Below are positions 9,291-16,534 of a stretch of DNA of 32,000 nt, in pieces. Origin of the DNA: an uncultured Rhodospirillales bacterium (GTDB lineage Bacteria; Pseudomonadota; Alphaproteobacteria; Acetobacterales; Acetobacteraceae). The number at the start of each line of letters is the position of its first letter. Positions within the stretch are counted from its first letter, which is position 1. Position numbers and translations under genes: made by a program. Location: NCBI GenBank assembly GCA_903928895.1, contig CAIYSR010000117.1, forward strand, positions 1 through 32,000. Direction: 5' to 3'. The notes under the pieces were generated by a model. The model saw only the letters and a list, made by a program, of their open reading frames with translations. It was not told the DNA's origin and did no database searches.

Positions 9291-9872
9291 TCAGAGCGAA
9301 ACGAGGCCGCGCCGAACGCCCTGGCTCAGCGCCTCGGCCCGGCTGTTGACGGCAAGCTTCGCGAACACCGCCTCGAGGTGGTATTTCACCGTATGGGCTG
9401 AAATACTGAGACGGCGAGCAATCACCTTGTTGCTCATGCCCTCCGCGATCAGGGCAAGAATCTCCGCCTCGCGCGGGGTCAACAGCGACGGTGCGCGGAC
9501 CATCGGCATGCGCACGTGGAGACCCTCGGCAAGGGCGTTGACCGCGGCCTGAACACGGCGCGCAGACGTGTCGCGCGGCAGCACGCCGGCAATGCCCTGG
9601 TCAGCGGCGAGGACAGTGTCGTCGCTCAGCACCAGGACCGGAATGCCAGACAGGCCAGACGGCAGAGCCGCCCCTTCGGGCAGATCGAGCACCAGAACGT
9701 CCGGCGCCGAGTCGGTCGCGCGGTCAAGCACAGCCTCAAGCTGCCTTGCACGCCAGGGATCGGCCACCAGGAGGGAAACCCGAGGGCCTTGCGGGACGGC
9801 CATACCGTGGATGGCGGTGTCAATCATCTGTCGCATGTTTGAAACAGTGGGGCTTCGGCGCACGGCCCGCAA
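9291..9872 (-). CDS. LuxR-family response-regulator-like transcription factor
   Basis: C-terminal HTH LLTPREAEILALIAEGMSNKVIARRLSISAHTVKYHLEAVFAKLAVNSRAEA; shortened N-terminal receiver-like region. Start could be 9836 or 9803. Confidence 0.88.
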   Translation of the reverse strand: MRAVRRSPTVSNMRQMIDTAIHGMAVPQGPRVSLLVADPWRARQLEAVLDRATDSAPDVLVLDLPEGAALPSGLSGIPVLVLSDDTVLAADQGIAGVLPRDTSARRVQAAVNALAEGLHVRMPMVRAPSLLTPREAEILALIAEGMSNKVIARRLSISAHTVKYHLEAVFAKLAVNSRAEALSQGVRRGLVSL

Positions 9873-9967
9873 GTATGGCGTGACATCTCACCACTTTGTC
9901 ATGTTCCCGACAGGCCCGGGTCAGCCCGTCTGGGGTCATGTGGACGCGCAGACAGGAGACACGCGGC

Positions 9968-10162
9968 ATGCCGTGCCCCGATGACAGGACCCCGCTCGAT
10001 TTCAGATCGCTCCTCGCCGATCCGCTGACGCGCCTGATGATGGCAAGCGACGGGGTGAGCGAAGCGGCGCTGCGGGCCGTGCTGGTGCAAGCCGCCACGG
10101 CGCGCGACGCGGCGCAAGCCGGGCTGCCGCCAACGGTTGCGGAGGATCGGCGGGCACGCTAG
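9968..10162 (+). CDS. small hypothetical protein
   Basis: 64 aa ORF MPCPDDRTPLDFRSLLADPLTRLMMASDGVSEAALRAVLVQAATARDAAQAG..., ends 9 nt before the GNAT gene. Confidence 0.55.
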   Translation: MPCPDDRTPLDFRSLLADPLTRLMMASDGVSEAALRAVLVQAATARDAAQAGLPPTVAEDRRAR

Positions 10163-10171
10163 GCACCGGCC

Positions 10172-10783
10172 ATGGTGGCCCTTCGCATCGAGACCTTCAG
10201 CGGACCGGATCTGGCGCCCGTCTTGCCGGCGCTGGCACGGCTGCGCATCGACGTGTTCCGCGCCTGGCCATATCTGTATGACGGGGACCCAGCCTCCGAA
10301 GAGCGCTACCTCGTGGAGTTCGCCAAGGCGCCCACGGCCGGGCTGGTCCTCGCGTTCGACGGCGAGGAGCCGGTCGGATGCTCAAGTTGTCTGCCGCTCG
10401 CTGAGGCCGGACCGGCGCTGTCGGTGCCCTTCGCGGCGCGCGGGATCGATCCGGCGCGTGTATTCTATTTCGGTGAGTCGGTGTTGTTGCCGCGCTATCG
10501 CGGCCAAGGCGTCGGGGTGGCGTTCTTCGCGGCCCGGGAGGCCCACGCGCGGCGGCTGACGGCGTGCGACTTTGCAGCGTTCTGTGCGGTCGAGCGGCCT
10601 CCGGATCATCCGCTCAAGCCCGCGGGGGCGGTGTCGCTCGATGCGTTCTGGCGGCGGCGTGGCTTCGTGCCGTACCCCGACATGACCTGCACGATGGCCT
10701 GGAAACAGGTCGATACGGCGGTGGACGTGACCAACACGCTCGCGTTCTGGATGAAATCGCTGACCGGCGCGAGCCTGCCGTGA
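10172..10783 (+). CDS. GNAT family N-acetyltransferase
   Basis: LRIDVFRAWPYLYDGD, YFGESVLLPRYRGQGVGVAFFAAREAHAR acetyl-CoA binding motif. Confidence 0.85.
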   Translation: MVALRIETFSGPDLAPVLPALARLRIDVFRAWPYLYDGDPASEERYLVEFAKAPTAGLVLAFDGEEPVGCSSCLPLAEAGPALSVPFAARGIDPARVFYFGESVLLPRYRGQGVGVAFFAAREAHARRLTACDFAAFCAVERPPDHPLKPAGAVSLDAFWRRRGFVPYPDMTCTMAWKQVDTAVDVTNTLAFWMKSLTGASLP

Positions 10784-11640
10784 GGCTCGGCTTGTGCCAG
10801 TGGAAGATCGGACCAGCCGGCGGATTGGCCGGCTGGGCGGCTCGGCTGGAGCGCGAAGTCGCCCATGCCGCCGGGATGGGGGCGGAGCTGCTGGTGATGC
10901 CGGAATATGCGCCGCTGGAACTCGGGGCCGGCGCCACTGCCGATGTGGCGCAAGAACTCCGCGCAAGCGTGGCGACGGCGGCCGAGGCGATCGCCGCGGC
11001 ACAGAACATCGCCCGGCGCTATCGCGTGTGGCTGCTGCCGGGGACACTGCCGATGGCGATCGACGGACGGATCGTCAACCGCGCACCGCTGATCAGCGCT
11101 GCCGGCGGCCTGGCGTTTCAGGACAAACACGTGATGACCCGCTTCGAGGTCGAGGAATGGGGCGTGGCCGCGGGCCTCCCCCCCGCGGTGTTCGACACGC
11201 CATGGGGCGTGATCGGGATTGCGATCTGCTTCGACCTGGAGTTTCCGACGCTGGTGCGCGCGCAGGTGGAGGCCGGCGCCTGGCTGATCCTGGGGCCGTG
11301 CTGCACGGACACACGCGCCGGTTTCAACCGGGTGCGGATCGCCGCCGCGGCACGAGCAATGGAGAACCAGTGCTTCATCGGCATCGCGCCCACGGTCGGC
11401 GAGGCGCCGTGGTGCGGAGCTCTGGACGTCAACCACGGCTATGCGGCGGTCTTCGGGCCGATCGACCGGGGCTTTCCAGAGGATGGCATGATCGCGCGCG
11501 GTGCGCTCGATGTGGGGCAATGGGTGTTCGCGGATATCGATCCGGCGGCAATCGAGCGGGTCCGGGCGGACGGCGCGGTCCGCAACCACCGGAGCTGGCC
11601 GCCCCCGCCCCCGGCATCGCCGCTCCGGGTCCTGGCATGA
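10780..11640 (+). CDS. carbon-nitrogen hydrolase (nitrilase superfamily)
   Basis: GTG start overlapping GNAT stop; VMPEYA (Glu), FQDKHVMTRFE (Lys), GIAICFDLEFP (Cys) catalytic triad contexts. Confidence 0.9.
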   Translation: MRLGLCQWKIGPAGGLAGWAARLEREVAHAAGMGAELLVMPEYAPLELGAGATADVAQELRASVATAAEAIAAAQNIARRYRVWLLPGTLPMAIDGRIVNRAPLISAAGGLAFQDKHVMTRFEVEEWGVAAGLPPAVFDTPWGVIGIAICFDLEFPTLVRAQVEAGAWLILGPCCTDTRAGFNRVRIAAAARAMENQCFIGIAPTVGEAPWCGALDVNHGYAAVFGPIDRGFPEDGMIARGALDVGQWVFADIDPAAIERVRADGAVRNHRSWPPPPPASPLRVLA

Positions 11641-12773
11641 CCCTGGTCTATCTCGTCGCCGGGGAGGAAAGCGGCGATGTGCTGGGCGCCCGACTGATGC
11701 GTGCGCTTCGGGCACGGCGGCCGGACGTCCGCTTTGCCGGGCTCGGCGGCGAGCGCATGAAGGCGCTGGGGCTGGCCCCGCTGTTTCCGATGCGCGAGCT
11801 CGCGGTCATGGGGTTGCTCGAAGTGCTGCCGAAGGTCTTCCGGCTGCGTGCGCGGCTGCATCAAATGGAAGCGGATATCCTGGCGCTGCGGCCGGATGTG
11901 GTGGTGACGATCGACAGTCCCGGCTTCACCTTGAGGCTGCTGAAACGATTGAAGAGGAGCCGGTTGAAGCGGGTTCATATGGTGGCCCCGCAGGTCTGGG
12001 CGTGGCGCGAGAGCCGGGTGAAGGGGTTTCCCGGGCTGTGGGACCGGCTGCTGTGCCTGCTGCCATTCGAACCGGCCTATTTCGCCCGGCACGGGCTGGA
12101 AGCGGTATTCGTCGGGCACCCTGCCCTCGAGTCCGGGGTCGACGGCGGCGACGCCGCGCGGTTCCGGCTGCGCCATGCGGTGCCGCCGGAGGGGCGGCTG
12201 TTGGTGGTGATGCCGGGCAGCCGACGCAGCGAGGTCAGTCGCCTGCTGCCGGTCCTGGCCGAAACCATGGCACTGCTGCGCCCGGCATTTCCGGACCTGA
12301 TTCCGGTCGTCCCGGTCGCCAATGCGGTGGCGGAGACAGTGATCGCGGCCACCGAAAATTGGCCCGTGCGACCGATCGTGGTGACCGACACCGGTGACAA
12401 GCACGACGCCTTTGCGGCCGCGGCCGCAGCACTCACCAAGTCCGGCACCGCCACGCTGGAATTGGCGATCGCCGGCGTGCCGATGGTGGTGACCTACCGG
12501 GTCAATCCGATCACCGCAATGATCGCGCGGCGGCTGATCAAGGTGCGTTTCGCCGCGATCGTCAATCTGCTGGCAGATCGCCTGGTGGTGCCGGAACTGA
12601 TCCAGCAGGACGGCACGCCTGTCCGGCTTGCGGCCGAGATCGCGCGGCTGCTGGGCGAGCCGGCCACGGCCGCGGACCAGCGGGCGGCGTTCGCCACCAT
12701 CGTGGCCACGTTGCGGCCGACCGAAGGCACGCCATCGGACGCGGCCGCCTGCGAGGTCCTGCGGCTCTGTTGA
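11637..12773 (+). CDS. lpxB: lipid-A-disaccharide synthase
   Basis: YLVAGEESGDVLGARLM, GLGGERMKALG, VVTIDSPGFTLRL, VAPQVWAW, VFVGHPALE, LLVVMPGSRRSEV, TKSGTATLELA. Confidence 0.97.
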   Translation: MTLVYLVAGEESGDVLGARLMRALRARRPDVRFAGLGGERMKALGLAPLFPMRELAVMGLLEVLPKVFRLRARLHQMEADILALRPDVVVTIDSPGFTLRLLKRLKRSRLKRVHMVAPQVWAWRESRVKGFPGLWDRLLCLLPFEPAYFARHGLEAVFVGHPALESGVDGGDAARFRLRHAVPPEGRLLVVMPGSRRSEVSRLLPVLAETMALLRPAFPDLIPVVPVANAVAETVIAATENWPVRPIVVTDTGDKHDAFAAAAAALTKSGTATLELAIAGVPMVVTYRVNPITAMIARRLIKVRFAAIVNLLADRLVVPELIQQDGTPVRLAAEIARLLGEPATAADQRAAFATIVATLRPTEGTPSDAAACEVLRLC

Positions 12774-12808
12774 TTGACCCGGGCCGCGATCTCGCGGAGC
12801 CTGCAACC

Positions 12809-13696
12809 ATGAATACACGCCGCCTCGCCATCGCCGCTGCCATTGCCACCGGGGTTCAGGTCGGGGCCGCGATGGTGGCGACGCGGGCCGTGGGGCCGGT
12901 GCTGGGGCCGGTAAGCCTGGCCCTGCTGCGCTACGTCATCGGCTTCCTCTGCCTGCTGCCGGCGGCAGTCGTGATGTGGCGGCGCACGCCTTTCGTGAGG
13001 CGCGATGTGGTGCCGGTGGCGCTGCTCGGGATCGGGCAATTCGGGATCCTGGTGGCGCTGCTGAATGTCGGGCTGCGCGAGGTGCCAGCGGCGCGGGGCG
13101 CGTTGCTGTTCTCCGCGTTCCCGTTGATGACCCTGGGACTGGCGGCCGTCCTCGGCCAGGAGCAGATGGGGCGGGCGAAGGTCGCGGGCGTGTTGTTGAC
13201 AATGCTCGGCGTGGCGCTCGCGATGGGCGAGCGGGTGTTGCTGCCGGGCGGGGTGAGCCTATGGGGCGAGGCAGCGGTGTTGGGAGCGGCGTTGTGCGGG
13301 GCGGTATGCAGCGTGCTCTACCGCCCCTATCTGCGGCGCTATCCACCGGTGGCCGTGAGCGCGGTCGCGATGCTCGCCTCGGTTGCGTTTCTCGCCGTGC
13401 TGGCCGGCACGATCGAGGATTTGGCGGCCGTGGGCCGCCTCGATGCCGCCCGCTGGGGCGCGGTATTGTTCATCGGCACCGGCAGCGGAGCCGGGTATTT
13501 CTTCTGGCTGTACGCGCTGAAGCATTTGCCGCCGACCCAGGTGACAGTGTCGCTGTCATTGTCGCCGCTGACCGCCATCGTGCTCGGTGCCGGGCTGCTG
13601 GGCGAGCCGGTAGGCCCTGGCGTGGCGCTCGGCTTTGTCGCCATCGCCGCCGGAATGTGGCTCGCCACGCGCATACCCCCGACTGAAACGGGATGA
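12809..13696 (+). CDS. EamA/DMT family transporter
   Basis: Ten hydrophobic segments, LGPVSLALLRYVIGFLCLLPAA, LPPTQVTVSLSLSPLTAIVLGAGLLGEPV. Confidence 0.9.
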   Translation: MNTRRLAIAAAIATGVQVGAAMVATRAVGPVLGPVSLALLRYVIGFLCLLPAAVVMWRRTPFVRRDVVPVALLGIGQFGILVALLNVGLREVPAARGALLFSAFPLMTLGLAAVLGQEQMGRAKVAGVLLTMLGVALAMGERVLLPGGVSLWGEAAVLGAALCGAVCSVLYRPYLRRYPPVAVSAVAMLASVAFLAVLAGTIEDLAAVGRLDAARWGAVLFIGTGSGAGYFFWLYALKHLPPTQVTVSLSLSPLTAIVLGAGLLGEPVGPGVALGFVAIAAGMWLATRIPPTETG

Positions 13697-14583
13697 AAGA
13701 ACCGAGCATGTCCGAGTTTCTCGTCGCGCCGGAGCCTGACAACCCCGCGCTAACCCGGGAAGTCGTGGGCGTCGACCAGGCTGGAATGCGGGTAACCGGG
13801 CGTGTGCCGGTGGAGCGGCCGCTGACGCTGTTCCTCAACAGCCAGGAAATCGTCACCATGATGACGATCGGGGATCGCCCCGACTGCCTGGCCGTCGGCT
13901 ACCTGCTCAACCAGAACATGCTGCGGCCCGAGGATGTCATCGAGGCGGTGGAGCATGATGCGGAACTCGACGTCATCGTCGTGCGCACGGCGCGTCGGAC
14001 CGACTACGAGGCCAAGCTGCGCCGGCGTACGCTCACCTCGGGATGCGCGCAGGGCACCGCCTTCGGCAACATGATGGAGCGCTTCGAGACGGTCACGCTC
14101 GATGCGGCGGCGGAGCTGCGGACGTCCTGGCTCTACGCCCTGGCGCACAAGATCAACACCCGCCCGAGCCTGTATCTCGCAGCCGGCGCCATTCACGGCT
14201 GCGTGCTCTGCGCCGCGGACCGGCCCCTGGTCTATATGGAGGACGTCGGGCGTCACAATGCGATCGACAAGATCGCAGGATGGATGCACCTCAACGGTGT
14301 CGGGCCGGAGGGCAAGCTGTTCTATACGACGGGGCGGTTGACCTCGGAGATGGTGATCAAGTGCGTGCAAATGCGCATACCCATCCTGGTCAGCCGCAGC
14401 GGGTTCACCGCCTGGGGGGTGGAACTGGCGCGGCAGGCCGGGCTCACGCTCGTCGGCCGGGCGAAGGGGCGGCGGTTCCTGTGCGTGGCCGGCGAACAGC
14501 GGTTGCGCTTCGATGCCGACCCGACCGAGGCGCCGGCGGAGCCCAGGGGCAAGCCCTCGGGCAGCGCCCGTGCCGAGGATTGA
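13693..14583 (+). CDS. fdhD: FdhD/NarQ-family sulfurtransferase (divergent)
   Basis: VERPLTLFLNSQEIVTMMTIGDRPDCLAVGYLLNQ, VYMEDVGRHNAIDKIAGWMHLNG, FYTTGRLTSEMVIKCVQMRIPILVSRSGFTAWGVELARQAGLTLVGRAKGRRF. Confidence 0.9.
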   Translation: MKEPSMSEFLVAPEPDNPALTREVVGVDQAGMRVTGRVPVERPLTLFLNSQEIVTMMTIGDRPDCLAVGYLLNQNMLRPEDVIEAVEHDAELDVIVVRTARRTDYEAKLRRRTLTSGCAQGTAFGNMMERFETVTLDAAAELRTSWLYALAHKINTRPSLYLAAGAIHGCVLCAADRPLVYMEDVGRHNAIDKIAGWMHLNGVGPEGKLFYTTGRLTSEMVIKCVQMRIPILVSRSGFTAWGVELARQAGLTLVGRAKGRRFLCVAGEQRLRFDADPTEAPAEPRGKPSGSARAED

Positions 14584-15433
14584 TGCCTCCGCGCTCTACG
14601 CATTGGGTTCGGCGGCGCTGCTGGCTCTGGCGCTGATCCTGGCACGCCTCGGGCTGCGGGCGCGGCCGGTGGTGGCGGCAGCGGCTACCTCGGTGCCGAC
14701 GGCGACTTTGCTGATGTGGCTGGCAGCGCCCTTCGCGCTCGATCCTGCCGCGTTTGACTTGACCGCGACGCTGATTTTCGCCGCTTGCGGGGTGCTGTTC
14801 CCGATCGGACAGACCCTGCTGTCGTTCGAGACCAACCGGCGCATGGGGCCGACGCTCGCCGGGGCGCTTGGCAACGTGACGCCCCTGTTCGCACTGGGCT
14901 TCGCCGCAGTTCTGCTCGGCGAGCAGGTGACTCGGTTGCGCGGCGCCGGAGCGATGGTCATCATTCTCGGCGTGCTGTCGCTGACCCTGCCTGGCGGAAC
15001 CTTGCGGCGGGGCTGGCCGCTCTGGGTGCTGGCCCTGCCGGTCGCGAGCGCCCTGATCCGGGGGATCACCCAACCTGGCGTGAAAGCCGGGCTGGCGCTG
15101 TGGCCGAACCCGTTCGCGGCCAGCCTGATCGGCTATACCATTTCGAGCGCCATCATCCTCAGCCTGCGCGCGACGCAACGCCACCTGCCGGTGCCGTGGC
15201 GCGACCATGCGATGTTCATGCTCGTCGGGGTCTGCAACGCCGGTGCGGTGATGGCGATGTACGCGGCCCTGGCACGCGGTGCGGTGGGCATGGTGGCCCC
15301 TCTGGTCGCGACCTATCCGCTGTTCACGCTCGCCTTCAGTGCGCTGATCCTGCGCGATGAGAGGCTCCACGCCCGCTTGCTCGGCGGCGTTGCCGCGATC
15401 GTGGCGGGCGTGGTGCTGGTACTCGAGGGCTAA
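14570..15433 (+). CDS. EamA/DMT family transporter
   Basis: Multi-TM protein; EamA repeats (FETNRRMGPTLAGALGNVTPLFALGFAAVLLGEQV; MVAPLVATYPLFTLAFSALILRDERLHARLLGG). Start GTG 14570 is a guess; ORF opens at 14513. Confidence 0.82.
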   Translation: MPRIDASALYALGSAALLALALILARLGLRARPVVAAAATSVPTATLLMWLAAPFALDPAAFDLTATLIFAACGVLFPIGQTLLSFETNRRMGPTLAGALGNVTPLFALGFAAVLLGEQVTRLRGAGAMVIILGVLSLTLPGGTLRRGWPLWVLALPVASALIRGITQPGVKAGLALWPNPFAASLIGYTISSAIILSLRATQRHLPVPWRDHAMFMLVGVCNAGAVMAMYAALARGAVGMVAPLVATYPLFTLAFSALILRDERLHARLLGGVAAIVAGVVLVLEG

Positions 15434-15468
15434 GCAAACCCTCTCAGGTTTGCGCTCTTGCTGAGAGC
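15434..15468 (+). terminator. tandem small hairpins directly after EamA stop codon
   Basis: GCAAACC(15434-15440)-CTCTCA-GGTTTGC(15447-15453), then GCTCT(15454-15458)-TGCTG-AGAGC(15464-15468). No clear T-tract, so terminator function is inferred. Confidence 0.45.
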
Positions 15469-15536
15469 TAAGCTGGCTTTCGCCCGCACGATGTTTGCAA
15501 ATGCATCCGTGGTCTGTCCTGCGAAAGCCTGCTTAG
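15468..15536. repeat. inverted repeat between convergent genes, 16-nt arms with one mismatch
   Basis: CTAAGCTGGCTTTCGC (15468-15483) versus GCGAAAGCCTGCTTAG (15521-15536); only the central T/T does not pair. Confidence 0.85.
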
Positions 15537-15537
15537 T

Positions 15538-15777
15538 TCAGTCTGCCGAGTCGGTCTTCTTGAGCCCGAGGCCTGCGAACTTCTTGTTGAACTTCGCGAC
15601 CTGACCGCCGGTGTCCATCATGCGCTGCACGCCGGTCCAGGCCGGGTGGGACTTCGGGTCGATGTCCAGACGCAGCGTGTCGCCGGCCTTGCCGGAACAG
15701 GAGCGCGTCTTGAACGTGGTCCCATCCGTCATGATGACATTGACTTCGTGGTACTCGGGGTGAATTCCGGGCTTCAT
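15538..15777 (-). CDS. rpmE: 50S ribosomal protein L31 (type lacking the CxxC zinc motif)
   Basis: [49 protein letters not shown]...[11 protein letters not shown]. Confidence 0.97.
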   Translation of the reverse strand: MKPGIHPEYHEVNVIMTDGTTFKTRSCSGKAGDTLRLDIDPKSHPAWTGVQRMMDTGGQVAKFNKKFAGLGLKKTDSAD

Positions 15778-16044
15778 GGCATACCTTGCTTGTCTGACCC
15801 CACCGATCCGACCGGCCGGGCAAGCCGCGGGCTATACCCCCCTGCCCGGCGTCCTGCAAGCCGAACCGTCAGCATTTCGGCCGTGCACCGCAGGCGAACC
15901 AGGATACCCGGCGAAAGCGCGGGTTCGGCCCGAGCCCCTGAGTGTTCGTAGTTTTTGTGCGCCGCACAAGGAACGCACGCAAGAAAATCTCGCGCGATCC
16001 CCGAATTCCGCACGAATCTCCGTGACACGCTGTGGCCAGGACGT

Positions 16045-16087
16045 TAAACAAAAGAAAGGCCCGCGCGCCGGAAAGGCGCGCAGGGCC
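16045..16087 (-). terminator. Rho-independent terminator for the coaX-rnj-DUF1467 transcript
   Basis: On the minus strand, GGCCCTGCGCGCC-TTTCC-GGCGCGCGGGCC is followed by TTTCTTTTG; strong GC stem plus T-rich tail, ~190 bp past the DUF1467 stop. Confidence 0.7.
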
Positions 16088-16112
16088 AAGTTTAGGGAGG
16101 AAACGCCAGTCA

Positions 16113-16148
16113 CACGGCAGGAAGAGGGGAAACCCTCTTCCTGCCGTG
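16113..16148. repeat. perfect 16-bp stem with 4-nt loop
   Basis: CACGGCAGGAAGAGGG (16113-16128) GAAA (16129-16132) CCCTCTTCCTGCCGTG (16133-16148). Confidence 0.95.
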
Positions 16149-16273
16149 AAGATTGCGCGTTACGCGCCTCACGTCCAGGGAAAATTGTGCGTCGCAAGAT
16201 TAAAAAAGTGGCGATCAATCCGTAAATGCCGAAAATATAGCCATAACTGCGCATCAATCAGTCACATTGCGCA

Positions 16274-16531
16274 CTATTCAGGCAACGCCAGCCAGCCCGA
16301 CCGAAAACTGACCAGACCGCTCCCGACCACCGCATAGATCGCGCCCCATATCACCGCGGCCACAATCGTCGTGATCAGCACCTTGCGCAGCATCTGCGGC
16401 TTCTCCGGCGCGCCACGCCAGCCCGATTGGGGGTCCGCCTCCGCCACCGGGCGCGTGCCCAGCGGCAGCACCGCGAACAAGGCGATCCACCAGATGACAA
16501 AATACATCGCAACCGCGGTGACCACCGGCAT
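16274..16531 (-). CDS. DUF1467 family membrane protein
   Basis: MPVVTAVAMYFVIWWIALFAVLPLGTRP...GAPEKPQMLRKVLITTIVAAVIWG; typically adjacent to rnj in Alphaproteobacteria. Confidence 0.88.
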   Translation of the reverse strand: MPVVTAVAMYFVIWWIALFAVLPLGTRPVAEADPQSGWRGAPEKPQMLRKVLITTIVAAVIWGAIYAVVGSGLVSFRSGWLALPE

Positions 16532-16534
16532 GAC

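Noticed and set aside
10606-12818. Minus-strand ORFs 10606..11715 and 11439..12818
   Set aside because: Shadow frames opposite the nitrilase and lpxB genes.
15832-16257. 141-aa minus-strand ORF (and 149-aa plus-strand 15776..16225) between rpmE and DUF1467
   Set aside because: Both run through the hairpins and the terminator; the sequence has no coherent domain. Noncoding seems more likely, though I cannot exclude a small peptide.
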